Shown: positions 20,533-33,680 of the stretch, piece after piece | How the letters are laid out: each line of letters starts with the position of its first letter | How positions within the stretch are numbered: position 1 is the first letter of the stretch | Assembly: GCA_002633005.1 (NCBI GenBank) | Contig: NMRA01000329.1 | Coordinates: 333,219 to 397,218 of the forward strand | Origin: Phoronis australis | Lineage: Eukaryota > Animalia > Phoronida | Direction of reading: 5' to 3' | Length of the DNA stretch: 64,000 bases | Notes under the pieces: generated by a model | What the model saw: only the letters and a program-made list of their open reading frames with translations | What the model was told of the DNA's origin: nothing | The model's database searches: none | Program-made: the position numbers and the translations under genes

Positions 20533-23500
20533 GAAATCCACCTACTCGCAATACCTTGAAATGTGGGGCTATACTTTTTGTTTGGACCACTTTTCACTAT
20601 AAATTTGGTTCCATGTCATTCTTTACTTAGATTATGAATGACTTCTGGTGTAGAGAAAAACTGGCAGATTTATGACACAGTAAGTGTCTAAAATCAATTG
20701 TTTTAATGGGATGTGGGTTTACAGTCACTTGAGTATACATGTTATTGTTGATTCACTGTAAGTGTGGAGGCGTTTGTATCAAGTAAAATACGGTGCTTAT
20801 TCCTAGTCTTCTTGTCCTTTTCAAACATTTGTGTTCTGTAACATTGAACAACTGTAACCAGCAGTTATATTTTGTTGCTTCTGGCATTGTTTTGTTTATG
20901 AAATGTATTTCTTGGTTGCAGTTTCTTAAATTCAAATTTCGTTTATTCTGAATCTCTCAGATTTTTGTTCAGTTTTGTTCTCATTTTAAGTTTATCTTGT
21001 TTGACGTTTCCTGTTTGATGTTTTAAGCTGCTATGAACCTGTCTACCTTGATTTACACCACATACAGCTATGAAATTGGCCTCAACTTGTTCCTCATTCA
21101 AGCAAGAAGTGATGTCTGGGCTTAGACAGACCTCATTTGGCAGTTCGTTATTACTCGAGACTGGACTCAATACGTTGACTTGTCACACTGTGTCCTTAGT
21201 ATGCTGAGCATGGTCTCTCTCTTTTGCAAGCTCAGAACCCACTTTTCTTCTCCATTAGGAGCAAACCACGGCCAGTTTCATAGTGATAACGTACAGTCTA
21301 AATCAAAGTTTCTTTCTTGCTCTAAAGTGTGTTTGTAGTAGTTTAAACATGATCATATCGCCAACAAGTTTTGTGGACGAGACTTCAAAAGCAGGGCAGT
21401 TTGCGCAGAGAAGGGTGTAGATTCATGCACAACGAAAATATGCGTATATTTAACCAGCTCTATAATTTGATCTGGAATATTCTGCTGATTGTTGATAACG
21501 GAAAGTGTTATTCATCTCAGCTGAAATCAATTACACCGTCCAGATAAGCTGAGCATCATAGCCTAGCAGTAGTTTATGGCTTTCTAAGGCTGTATGCGTA
21601 ATGAACCGAGGATAATGAGGTGCAGGAATCTTGCCCTGCAATTTACCAGTAGTGTGTGCGGTGTGGTTACATTATAAGTGTTTCTAAATACTTAGTTCAT
21701 ACGAATTGGATTTTTTTGCAGTACACTTCATCTACAATGAGGGACTTATGGTAATGGCTTGCCTACTTTATTTGTTATTACTTAGAATGCAAATGTAGTT
21801 AAATTTAAACTTTACATAATCATGTTGGAGTACATTCCATAAATTTGGAAAAAATTGTAGTTAATAGTAGTGTAGAAATCTCATGCATGCAGCATTTGGT
21901 GCATTATAGGTTATTGCTGAGCCGTAAATGGGCAAAGTCAGTCTAAGTCATGCTTTATCTGTACTTTGAACAACCAATAAAAAATATCGGTGGTCATTAT
22001 TGCGTTTTTCATGCGATCAAAAATACACATGCTGTCTCGGCTCATTTAAGTGGTCAGGTGCTTATTTGGCTATGAACTTTTCAGAACGCTTAAAAAAACC
22101 TTGCAGTTTTACAAGATTTAGTGCTTATTCTGCAATTGACTGAAATACCATGAAACTTTGGTATTGTTATCCCAAACATGTCACTACATCCAAGGCAAGT
22201 CTAACATTCCTCTAACTGCAAGCAAGTTGGCATGTAGTTGAACATTTTACCACTGGTTATCCCTTAAAGGGGAATTATTGGTTCTATGGTAGAAAGGAGC
22301 ACCGCTCTTCTTGGATTGTTGTGAGATGGGATAGATGTCTTGAAATTATGAGCTTTGACCTGTTAAAAACAACAAAATCCGTTGTGTTTTTGGTGTTTTG
22401 TTACAAATTGTCTGACGTTCGCTGAAATCGAGGCTGGTGATTTTAACTCTTACATATTCTTAAAGCTGCCATTTATGATGTGGGATTCAGCTCCACTCGG
22501 CTGGCAGAGCATTAGACTATAGCTGGGGATGGCAAGTCCAATTCTACGAGGCTGATCTCTGGATATCTGCTCACCAATAAGGCTCCCTTAACGATATACG
22601 TGGGGAGCTTTTGAGCTGTGAACCCACATTCTGTCAAGCAGTGACCTTTTAATGTACGCCCCTGTACTACTATGAAGCTGGTCTTGACTATTTAGTTAGA
22701 CGAGAAGAGGTTTCTGTGCTGACTGACAGGTTGTTATTGGTTGCATGCCAAGAATTTTACATTTACAATTGGCTTTCCTCAAAATCCAACTGCTGCCTAG
22801 TGCTTTGGTAAATGGCCTAATTATGTCGCACACCCTTCAGAATTAATGAGGAACACATTATTACAACATTAAACGTACGTTCTAGGTTGTAAATGTCGCA
22901 TTTCTTGTCTAGTTTTCAAAATTCAAAAACCTGGTCACGTGTGCTTTTCACAAACTGTTCAAATGTGGTATTTACAAACTTTCAAACGAAAATTTAAAAA
23001 TACTATAATTGCTGTCCCCAATGTGTTTGTGATGGTCTCAGCTTGAGGCAATTTAATTAATCACTACAGCATGGTGTCTTTGATCTGAACTGGCAAATTC
23101 TGTGGTGCACAAACCAGTCAAGTTGCTCAATCTCGACCAGTTAGTGTGTCAACGTAGGATTCTTTTCATATGAGACCCTGCTCAGTTTATAACATAAATT
23201 GCCATGACAAGCTGAGCCTGGTCTCAAATAAAGGACTGTCAGTTTTTTTCAAGCCTAGAAATGACCTAATTTCAACTCTCAACAAGCCGAGACCAATTTA
23301 GTATCTAAAAGATCTAAGCCAAAAGTGCAGTTAAGACGATTTCCAAGACAGCACCATCAACTGTTTGTTCAGACAGCCCTCAAAGAACCTGGGTCTACTT
23401 AAAAAAATTTCTTCATCAACCAAATGGTACTCTTGTCCTTGAGTGTTTTCTGTTGTATTATGTTAGCCACACAAATACTTGTTTTCATTCAAAATCTATT

Positions 23501-23735
23501 GCATGGTGGTGGAGACGGTCAAAAGTGTTGTCGACAGGGACACTTGAGCTAGCTCCTGTAGTATGATTCAACAGGGGCAAGGGCACCATCTTTCACAATG
23601 GATTATCACAGTTTTAAGATGCACCCTATGGCACAGCTTACTCTGCTGAATGCTTCTGGCTACATCTAGGCTTATGTACTTGGGTATCAGCAGATTGTAG
23701 TTATGTGCTTATGTTATGTGTCTTTCTTATTTCAG

Positions 23736-26700
23736 ATTAGTCGTGTGTGTGAGTTTGCACCCCCGCCGTATTTTAACATTGTGGTAGGAATCGAAAAAAA
23801 CAGAGGAATTGCTCTGAATGGCAAAATTCCATGGCCTCGTCTCAGGTTAGCTTTATAAACACATAACACATTTTTGGTGTGGGCTAAGTCCCTCGGCAGT
23901 GGCTGCCACTACTGCAGTCACACGAGATGATTGAAGACACTGCTTGAAGTAGTAGCTTTGGTTTATAAACATTGTCAGTACCGGCTCCATTTCCATTGAT
24001 TTCTTTGCCTTGTTTACTTGGCTCCTATACAGTAAACATCTTTCAAGTTGAAACTTTTTCTCAAAATTTCTTAGTCAACTATGTCAAATCTTGCATCCAC
24101 CATTTTCATGAATAAATATGTAAACCTATCTTCTCTTACATTTCTTTTCATAATGCTCATGTTCTGTCTCCAACAAAACTTGAAATTACTGTACCCTACA
24201 TATTATGCACAGTACTCCTTTGGGTTAACACCCGTGCAGCAGCGTTCGAAATACATGCTGGCCTGGGGCCAGTGGATTTGCCGCCGGGCCAGTAACCTTT
24301 CACGTATAGGTTCATCTAGATGTTGTCTTATATTCAAGTGCCTGGCCCAACGAGTTGGCACATTTATTTGCTGAAGCTCGAACACTGCGGTTCAGCGAGC
24401 TTAATTTGGAGAACTAAAGAATTGGTGGGTGTTAAACCAAGAGCAGAAGTGTTTAAAAATGAAACTCTGGAAGTTATGTTGGTGGGAGATAAACCAAATA
24501 TAGGTGTTAACCGAGAGGAGTGCGTTAGTTGGATTCTTTGTGGTTCTTTTAAAGGAGAAATGTATGATGTATGTTCAACTTGATTTTGTCTTTTAACGAT
24601 AACATAGTGGTAAAATTCTGTATTAATGAAAATGGCGCCTCTTCATCTCTGTTGTTGTTATCACATCATTGTTTAATCCAATCATTTTTTGTTGTTTTAG
24701 TGCAGATTACGAACACTACATTACGCTGTCATCTCATGTGTCCGTCCCAGGTAGGTAGAGGTTGATGATATAGGTATTTTACCTATGAAATTGTATGATA
24801 TTTATACATGATATTCATGCCATTTGGGTAATGGAGTGAGAACAACTTGGTAAGAGTTACAATTTGGACAAAAGGTGGCATGCAAGTGGAACATTCCATC
24901 TTATCTCATTTCATAATAAAAATAAGCTGCATCATGAAAATTATGCTCGAATTTAACAGTGATTTGTACAATACAGCTCTCACCAAACAATATTCAGTAA
25001 AATTTAAGCAGAAGTAACAACAGTTCTATGATTTATACACTAAAGTCAATTTGTACAGCAATGTAGTGAGCCTTATGATTAAATAGAACTTGCCAATGTT
25101 AGCAATTTGTTTTGTTTCACATTGAAGAATAGTTATACTGGGGCAGATAGTGTAGTAAAAATATTGATACTGAGGGTGCATGAAGGCCCGGGGTGGAGGA
25201 AAACGTACCTCCTTCACCTTGTAACGTTTCATGGACCTATATTAATTTTCTACAGTATGATCTCGCACTATTCTTTATTTGATTTTTAATGTTGCTATAA
25301 CAGTTCTTAAGTTTAGATTCCAAATAAGATGGGGAGGATTGTAATGTAGTAGTATTTGTTAAAGGTATTCTGATTGAGAACGGATTAAAATACACTGTAA
25401 CAAAAACCATTGTGTGTGTGTTCAAATAATCAGGTACTCATAGAGACATTGTACTTGGTCATCAATAACTTCAACATTTCTGAACTTGAAGGTAGCTGGG
25501 ATTAATTTAATAAGTTATTAATAGTTTTCTTGTTCTTCCATTACTTTGTTGACAATGTTTTTGTAAGTATGTGTTTATAAGCGTTTTGTGTGGATACATT
25601 TAGTCTTGTCTTGGTGTGATGCTATTTGGTCTTTCCTGGGCAACAGCAATTACCAACAAAAACATGATTTCAGTCTGTTTTTAACTAATCACGGTTTTGC
25701 CCTACAAACTTGTAAATTTACCCGACAGGCAATTTTCCCTTGATATAGATTATCCACTGTTGACCGTGCTGCACCCTCGTAACCTTCATCCGAAGCCACT
25801 TGACAAGAGCCTTTGAAATTTGGCTGGATCACCAAGGGCGGATCCAGGATTTTGAGTGGGGGGGGCCAGGGTTGAGTATTAGCCAAGATTTTGCCCGTCA
25901 GACATTCGTACCCCTGAAATGCCAAATGGAATCTGGGAAAATTTTAGGGGGAGCCATGGCCCCCTTGCCCCCCTCCCCCCCCTAAAATCCGCCACTGATC
26001 ACCGTTGTTGCTCTTCATTGGTAGGAAGACATTGCGTCATCATAAAAGGTAGAACCACCTGGGAGGACACGTCACTTGAAGAACGAGAGAACAGCAACAT
26101 TCGCACCATCGTAATATCTAATTCTCTAAAGTAAGCAGTGCTGCAATAGTGAAGGGATGACATGCCTTGCATTTTAGTGTCATGTAGGAAGCTTAGAAAA
26201 TCTCGAAATTTGGCTAACTTTGGGGCATATCTTAGAAATGGCCGATCGGACTTATATGAAAGTTTCACATACTATACCATATGCATTGTTCTCCAAAATG
26301 CTGTTGGAAGTTGTTTGTAACATGTTGCACTTCTGCATGAGGGGCCATCATAAAGTAGGATATATGATTTTTATGAAAATAATGAAGACAAAATAATACT
26401 GTAGAAAATTGATACTGCATTATTGAGATCTCGTCTTGAATATTTGTGTTATAAGTAAATTTTGGACGAGTTGTCACAGTACTTTTCAATTTTCATTTGG
26501 TAAATTTTACTAAAAGCAACCTGGTCATACAACCAATTTTATAGCAGGATAGTAAGAAGTCGAAAATCAGCCTTTCTATTTTCTCCATGATAGCAAGTAG
26601 CAGCATTAATGGTTTTAAAACAGCTTGACGGCCTTTCTATTTTGAGAAAATTCATACTTTTACAGAGTTAAAATCTATAGTTTTGTAGATATTTGGCTAA

Positions 26701-29700
26701 TGCGCTAACCTATTAATAAAGCCGTACATAACCTTAATGTTGCTATTTGATAATGTCACACAAAGGTGGTCAGTGGAGTTTACTAACCTAACTGTAGGTT
26801 TGATTAATCACCTCAAACGTAATTACTCTGCGCGTGTAAGCGCAGAGTACTGTGGGTTTTCTTCAATTTTATTTTTCTTATTCTTATTCTTCTTCCGACA
26901 AACTTTGAGGCTTAATAACTCCAAATTGGGTGCAGATACAGTCTTTAAATTCTGCATATGACTTTTGACAGTATATAAATTTTGATTGGTTATATAATCA
27001 TATTCCATATTGCACGGGAAGAGGTCGTTTGGTGCAAAGGTCATATAATTTTCAAAATGCTACTCCTCCTTCAGTTTTAAAGCTATCTTTTTCAAATTCG
27101 GTGCACAGGTATATGTCAACATGACAATTTAAGAAATTACTTTTCTAAGTAATCGGGTCATCCAATCAGGTGAAATAGGTCAAAGGTCATTAGGTGCAAA
27201 CTAAAATTTTGAGCTAGACACTTCAAATTGACAGGTCTGATAGCCACAGGTAAATCAAATCGGAATCCAAAGTTTCAGGTCATTTAGTGCAAACATGGGG
27301 TCATTAGGTGAATTTTTCTTCTGAAAATTTGACCTTTTCAATCAGCAAGTATTCGGATGTGTCAACCGTTAGACAACTGTGATTCTCAGCGTTAAACACA
27401 TTTTCCGTGGGCTTCTCCTAAAGATGCTTAAAATGCACCGGATATGGTCAATTAGTGCAAAGGTCATGTAACGTTCAAAATGTTATATCTCTTACGTTTT
27501 TCAAGGAATTCTTTTCAATTTCAGCACACTGGTGTAAGTCAACATGCCAAGTGAATACCCTACCTTACATTGCAATAGGCCTAAGCAATCAGAAAAAATA
27601 GGTCAAAGGTCATTGAGTGCAAACTAAAATTTTGAGCTAGAGACTTCAGAATTACGTATCTGTTTACTAAGTGCGATTGAGTTTGAATTCTAAATTTTCA
27701 GGTCATTTGGTGTACTCATGGGGTCATTAGGTGCATTTTTCTTCTGAAAGTTTGACCACTTCATTCATCTTGTATTCTGAAGTGCTTAAAGTAAAACATC
27801 TGTGATTTTTAGCATTAACCACTCTTTTAATCGAATTATCAATTACTCCCTCATCGGGGCTCATAATGCACCGGAAGAGGTCAATTAGTGGAAAGGTCAC
27901 CAAAAAATTAATGTGTAATTTCTCCTACAATTTTAAAGAATTCCTTTTCATATTGGTAAATGGGTTGCTGTCAGTAACTTTCCATAATAATTCCAGTAAT
28001 ACGCGCATGCAGAGTGCGTTATTGTCACGCCGTGACAATAATCTTTCTAGTTTATTGTTGTTAGAAATCCGAACTAGTTCACCTTTTTAGCATTACATGG
28101 ATATTTTTAAAGCAAAAGAACAAACAAAGTATTTTTATATGTGAAACCGACTTGAAAATGATAGTACTGAATCTCTGGCTGGTTTGCTTCACATTTTTAG
28201 GGAGAGCTCTCCGCACCTTGAGTGTATTGTACGTTCTTTTGATGAAGCGTTGGAATACTGTAAGACAAGAGAACCCTTCTCTTCACTGGTTGAAAGTATA
28301 TGGATTCTAGGAGGACAAGCTGTGTACAAGGTGAGCGGCATATCGTGTTGAAAATTGATTGTGGAAATCACATGCTGGAGGTCGCCACTTAAACCATGTT
28401 ATTATTTCAAATGGCAATTATTTTTTCAAGCAATTTTGATGACCCTTTAACGACCTTACTTTCGCATTTAATAGTTTACCCTTTGAACATTCTAAGCTAG
28501 TTTCTTGTCACAATACAGGAGGCAATTGAACATCCACTATGCAAGAAGATCTTCCTTACAAGGATCTTTGGAGAGTTCGAATGTGACAGGTTCCTAATGG
28601 AGTTTGAAAACACTGGAAAATTTAGACAAATTCAGTAAGTACGTTTATTCTGTGTAATTTTCACACAGTGTTTGATTTATTTCCAGTGCTCTTCATTGTA
28701 AATGTTAGCATTAATTATTATCCCTTGAAATCACCTTTTGAGTTATGTTGGAGCCACTTTCTGTGAAGGCAAGACTCTCTCGAGATACAGTGCAAGATCT
28801 TCACCTATAATGCAATAAATTCTAGCCAATAACATAACATTATAGTCTCACTGACCAATTGCTTCAGTGGTGGCCATAGTACTTGTTTATGCCAGTAATG
28901 TCCCGAGCTTAGTCCCCAAAGACTCGACGTGTAGTTTTGTGTAGTCTTGGTCCACAGAATGCTGTCCTGGATCCTCCTATTCACTCATCTCCCGCTAACA
29001 CCAGCTTAGGGAAGCACAAGATGACAATGTGTAATGCTCTGTTGAAACAAGGTTTCTCAAGTGGACAACCAGGGATAGAACCACCTCATGATCAGGCTAC
29101 TCAGTACAGATGTATTGTTCATACCAAACTTGTAACTCAAAGAAGTTATAGGTTATTACTCTTGATGTGAACAATTTAAAATCGGTTGTAAAAGTTATGA
29201 CTATGGCATGTGAGTTAACCTTCTGTGAGGGTGGTTTAGAAAGCATTATGTCTTGCAACTTTGTGCGAATGGTCAGCAGAGTCGTAACATTTATAGCTCA
29301 CAAGTTATTGACGACTAGCCTCTAAAACCACTAACTAGGGTTAGAACAGTTCTAACTCTGTTTGAACAGAAGTAACTACATGGCAATTTATGACCGAAAG
29401 ATTTATAACCCAACTTGATATAAATAAAGTCACAATAGTTCAGAGGTCTAATGGTGGAAAATTATGAGGGACGAAGAGTACTAAAGAGAACCAAAGACCT
29501 CTGTAGCAAGACTATTTGTTTTTGTTGAATTGAAACGTACCATGAAATTTGCTCTAATGGAAATCTTCTGGGGAGACGTGTCTCCTGGTTGTAAAAAGTG
29601 AGGGTCGATGTCCCTAGNNNNNNNNNNAGTATAAATTGCCTAGTTGGTCGATGAGTGAGAAATTACGGTAAGCTGTTGTTTTTGCCTGTTTGTGCAAGTT

Positions 29701-29870
29701 TTCAAGATCATGGATTGGTAACATGGAGAAAAACAAATCATCACATTGTGTGACTCATCAGTAGTGCATTAATTTTGCTTTTAATGTCTTTTAGAGACAA
29801 GTATATCAGAAAGGACATCATTGAAGAAAACGGAATTCCTTACCAGTTTGAAGTTTACGAAAAGGTGTAG
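23736..29870 (+). CDS. Divergent DHFR-like domain (195 codons, no own ATG seen; 5'-incomplete or fused to upstream DHFR); exons 23736-23845, 24701-24750, 26025-26130, 28201-28330, 28519-28634, 29795-29870
   Basis: Spliced, open translation ISRVCEFAPPPYFNIVVGIEKNRGIALNGKIPWPRLSADYEHYITLSSHVSVPGRHCVIIKGRTTWEDTSLEERENSNIRTIVISNSLKESSPHLECIVRSFDEALEYCKTREPFSSLVESIWILGGQAVYKEAIEHPLCKKIFLTRIFGEFECDRFLMEFENTGKFRQIQDKYIRKDIIEENGIPYQFEVYEKV*. Five GT-AG introns sit at the human DHFR positions; no stops or frameshifts; AATAAA at 29966-29971. Confidence 0.88.
24150..24580 (-). mobile_element. Highly decayed LINE (non-LTR) ORF2 fragment
   Basis: Broken-frame peptides resemble the K.TGP(DG)I and G..P.E...V..IFK motifs that precede LINE reverse transcriptase. 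Confidence 0.3.
25833..25997. mobile_element. 165-bp MITE with 5-bp TSD ATCAC
   Basis: Ends CAAGGGCGGAT / ATCCGCCACTG; ATCAC at 25828-25832 and 25998-26002. Related copies in reverse orientation at about 37425-37570 and 37715-37830, and a partial copy at about 49757. Confidence 0.8.
26821..28052 (+). mobile_element. Non-autonomous Helentron/DINE-1-type element with about 423-bp internal tandem repeat
   Basis: 5' hairpin TACTCTGCGC-6nt-GCGCAGAGTA (26824-26849), a (TTCTTA)n tract and internal repeats offset by 423 bp (27181 vs 27604). The 3' end has sub-terminal GCAGAGT, hairpin TTATTGTCAC-GCC-GTGACAATAA (28019-28041), then CTAG and a T run. Confidence 0.7.
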
Positions 29871-31287
29871 CTATACAACTCAGCTCCAGTGGCTAATATC
29901 AACACCTTGTGATGGAAAGTGACTTTCATATGGTCATAGAAGTCTATAACTATACGGGTACAATCAATAAAGGTAATATAAACCTGCTTTCTGGCAATGA
30001 AACTTGACATTATAGAACTGGTTTTGATTTGTTCCTTGCTCATGTAAGGGAATGATTTCTAAGCTCGATAAGAACTGACAGTTATTGATTGACACTTGTG
30101 ATCTGTTCCTCCATGAGTCAATTGGCTAAAATCAGTCTGGCTATAGATTATAGAAAACAGACTCGCAACTCCAACATTTTCTTGCGTACTGTCCTAGAGG
30201 AGGTGCCACTCTCTTGAATTTCCAATTTCAGTTTCCGATTAGTGTATTGTGATAGGAAATTCTAGCATCTATTTTACTGGCCAATACAACAAAAAGAAAA
30301 TAATTTCGGCATTGAAACGCTGTTCAAAGTCTTCCTATGAATAAGTAGAACTGCTGGTGTCTGAGTACTTTTGGCACTCGACCACACAACAGCCGACCAT
30401 GATTAGCAAACGACGTACTTGCTGGAAGTAAAACTTAATAATTTTGCCAGGTGTCGCTTGTAAATAATGACGTCACAGGTTATGCATAAGATCACAGATT
30501 TCGTCTGTTTGAAAATATACGGAGTTGGCAGTCCATGTACTTTTTTGTCTATGGTCTAGCTTAGCCTGTGTCACAAAAACAGTCTAAGGCTGAATGTCAA
30601 ACAATCTGTCTACACTTGAAGCCAAAAGACAAAAAAATGACTTGACGGAAGTCCATGGTCTGTTCTACTAGACAGAAGACAAAACGTTTCGAGAAACGCT
30701 AAAGGCAAAAATTGAATTTTAGCAAATTTGTAGTCAGATTTCTGACTTTTTGCTCTAGTCAGAAAACAAAAACCGGTCTCTTCGAAAAACAGACCCCAGG
30801 GTCAACGAGTTGGCCTGAGCCAACTTGTGATTTTGTGCTCCATGCATGGTTGCAGACAACAGCAAACTACCAGTTCTTCCCAAGTTCATGAATAAACTTC
30901 TAACATAGGTGGGGATCAAGTTGAGATTTACTGTGTTCTGTTGACCCTAAGACATTAGCTTGCACTTGCAACAAAAAATCTACATGTATGAAATGGAAAC
31001 AGCATCCAATCCGATAATTTAACATTGCAACCTCACCGGCCAATCATGTCAGTGGCCATCATTTTGCTAAAATAGGCTAGTAAGCTCTCTAGTGTACTCA
31101 CAAAATGCTCTCTTTTTACTCACGTCATTTTGCGAGATCTTGCTTTTCCGCAATAAACTTGTTTTTCGGAATGTTACGCATTTTTTGACAGTAGGCGGGT
31201 TTACAGAACCTTTAAAACTCTCTAAATATACACTAGTACTGAAACTACCAGCTAGTAAGATTTTGTTAATAAACGGATTTAAAACGG

Positions 31288-31335
31288 CTTGACATGTTTC
31301 GCTGTCGTTTACTTATTAAACACCATCATCAGAAG
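31288..31335 (-). ncRNA. Minimal type-I hammerhead-ribozyme motif (Penelope-like element pLTR relic)
   Basis: The minus strand reads ctt-CTGATGA-tggtgttta ataag taaacgacagc-GAAA-CAT-GTC-aag: both conserved cores, a stem II, palindromic ACATGT, a GUC cleavage triplet and a 3-bp stem I. Confidence 0.5.
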
Positions 31336-32789
31336 AAGAGAGAACATAGTGGCCACCTAGCTAGGCCCAGCAACAAGTGATGAAACACAGGCACAGTCAG
31401 TTACAGGGAGTGACAATAAACTAGACTAACTGTAACAACTTGTGATGTGCCAATTGTCTATTGAGATTGGGCTTGCACCACCTGATGCGTAGAGCCTCAC
31501 GAATTTTAAGCTCCTTTGTTGTTTCTGATTATAGCAGTCATTGAAAGAACATTGCTGATAACAATGATTGGAGCTCTGTAGATGGATATTTACATGTGAA
31601 CCTCTGTCAGAATTTAGATGTTCCCTGGTCATGGTTTTTAAATAAACGAGACCAAAGCATGTCAAGCCATTTTAAATCCAATAAGTTGTTTTCATTAACA
31701 TATGCTGCTACTTGCTGTCATGGAGATAGTAAGATTATGTTATATGAGATTATGCAGTTGACTGGCTTAGTGCATATTGCACATTTAAAACTCTCTACAA
31801 ATCTAGACTAGCATTTGGTCTACACTTAGTAAGATAGTGTTGATGTGTATGACATTGTGCAATTTAGTGCCTCAGCATTTTTGCACATTTAAAACTCTAC
31901 AAATCTACACTAATACCGAGTCTACAACTAGTAAGATTTTGTTGAATGAGATTATGCAATTTACTGGCTTCAGATTTATTGTTGAATGACCAGAAAAGTA
32001 GCAATTAGTGGCATATAACATTTAAATTGGGTAATGTATTTTAATTTTCGATTGGCAATCATTGTGTCAACTATTTCCTTCCTGTTTTATGTAGTAGACT
32101 TTATAGTTAAACAAAATGCAGCGATTGGATTTTAGTTTAATTTGGTAAGTTTGTCCATAAGTCATAATGGTATTGTGTGATGATTATTGCTGAAATTAAT
32201 TCATTTTGACAATTTTTTTAATGATTGTAAAGCAAATGTTGGTTATTTATTTGATATAGTCAATGGTTTTAACAAAGGTTGAAGTCAAACAACTTAAAAG
32301 TTGTTTGATTTCAAGCTTGCTTTGTTGTTAATTCATTATTAAGTGTGCATTATTTGTTTTAATGAAGTAATGTGTAATTTACTCTGAATTTAATTTGTTT
32401 ATAAATTGTTGTTAAATATTTGCCATTGCATATTAATTAGTCTGTGATCATCCCATATGTTACATTTTACACTTTGCAAGACAATTTTAAAATACTGTCA
32501 GGTGTAGTTGTTGATTAATCAGTTTCATGTTTTCAAATATATAGTTGTTATAGATCTATTGATTTATTACAAGTCTTATAGTGGTCACCTGTTTCATTCT
32601 AGATTAGCACGCGTCACATTTTGCTCACACTATTTCACATGCATTTCTCAACTAATTCACCTGAAATTGCCTTGGAACATCTGTCATGTTCTTTTGACAT
32701 CTATCAACATCAGGGGGAATCGAGCTAACGATGGTCTAATTAGCAGACATTTTACTTTTGAGTAGGGAACACAGCTGTGTGATTGCAAC

Positions 32790-33680
32790 TGACCATTCCT
32801 CACATATTCTTACTATTAATTTCTGTACCATTCTTTGACTTTTGGTACAATTTCTCACCATTAATATCCTTTCACTATCTTTTCTCCAAAACATTCCTTA
32901 CAATTCCTTTCCATAAATTATGATTCCCGACCATTTTTTAGCTTTCTGTACCATTGTTTACTATTGCCTACTGTACGATTTCTTTTCTGTGACCATTCCT
33001 TGCCATGCTACTCCTTTCCATGTATTTCTATGTCAGTGTACCATTCCGCACTGTACTTGTACCATTCTCTGCCATTTTGTACAACTCCTTGCAATTCTAT
33101 ACCATTCCTTGCAATTGTGTATCATTCCTTATAATTTGGTACCATTTCTTGTAATTTTGTACCATTCCTTGCAATTTTTACTATTCATACTATACTTACC
33201 ATTATATACCATTCTATACCTTCTGTACAATTCCTTGCCTTTCTGTACCATTCCTTATTTCTCTGTCCATTTCTTTTCCATTAATACCATTGCTTACCAT
33301 TATTTATTTATTTTTCTCACGTTTCCTTTCCATTCCATAAGATTAATTACCATTCTTCACTTTTCTTTACCATTCTGTACAATTTCCTACTTCTCTACCA
33401 TTACTTACTATTCTTTACCTTTCCATGCCATTCCTTACCATTTGCCCCATGCTGGATCATTCCTTACCTTTCTTTGCGATTTCACGTCATTTCTTACACT
33501 TATATACCATTCTTTATGTTTCCGTACCATTCTTTTTGAGTCTATACCATTCCTCTCCAATCTATACCATCCCTCTCCAAACTATGCCATACCTTAACAC
33601 ACCTTATCTTTCCTTACCATTCTGGACCACTCCGTAACATTCATTATGCATTGCCATTCTGTACATTTCCCACATTTTCT
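32790..33680. repeat. Pyrimidine-rich degenerate tandem repeat (TACCATTC core)
   Basis: Dozens of TACCATT/CCATTC words and very few G; accounts for the spurious 225-aa ORF. Confidence 0.85.

Noticed and set aside
23736-29870. DHFR pseudogene or DHFR-TS fusion
   Set aside because: The frame and all splice sites are intact, and no thymidylate synthase motifs follow in the window.
32920-33597. 225-aa hydrophobic ORF
   Set aside because: Arises from a G-poor TACCATTC low-complexity repeat that lacks stop codons by composition.
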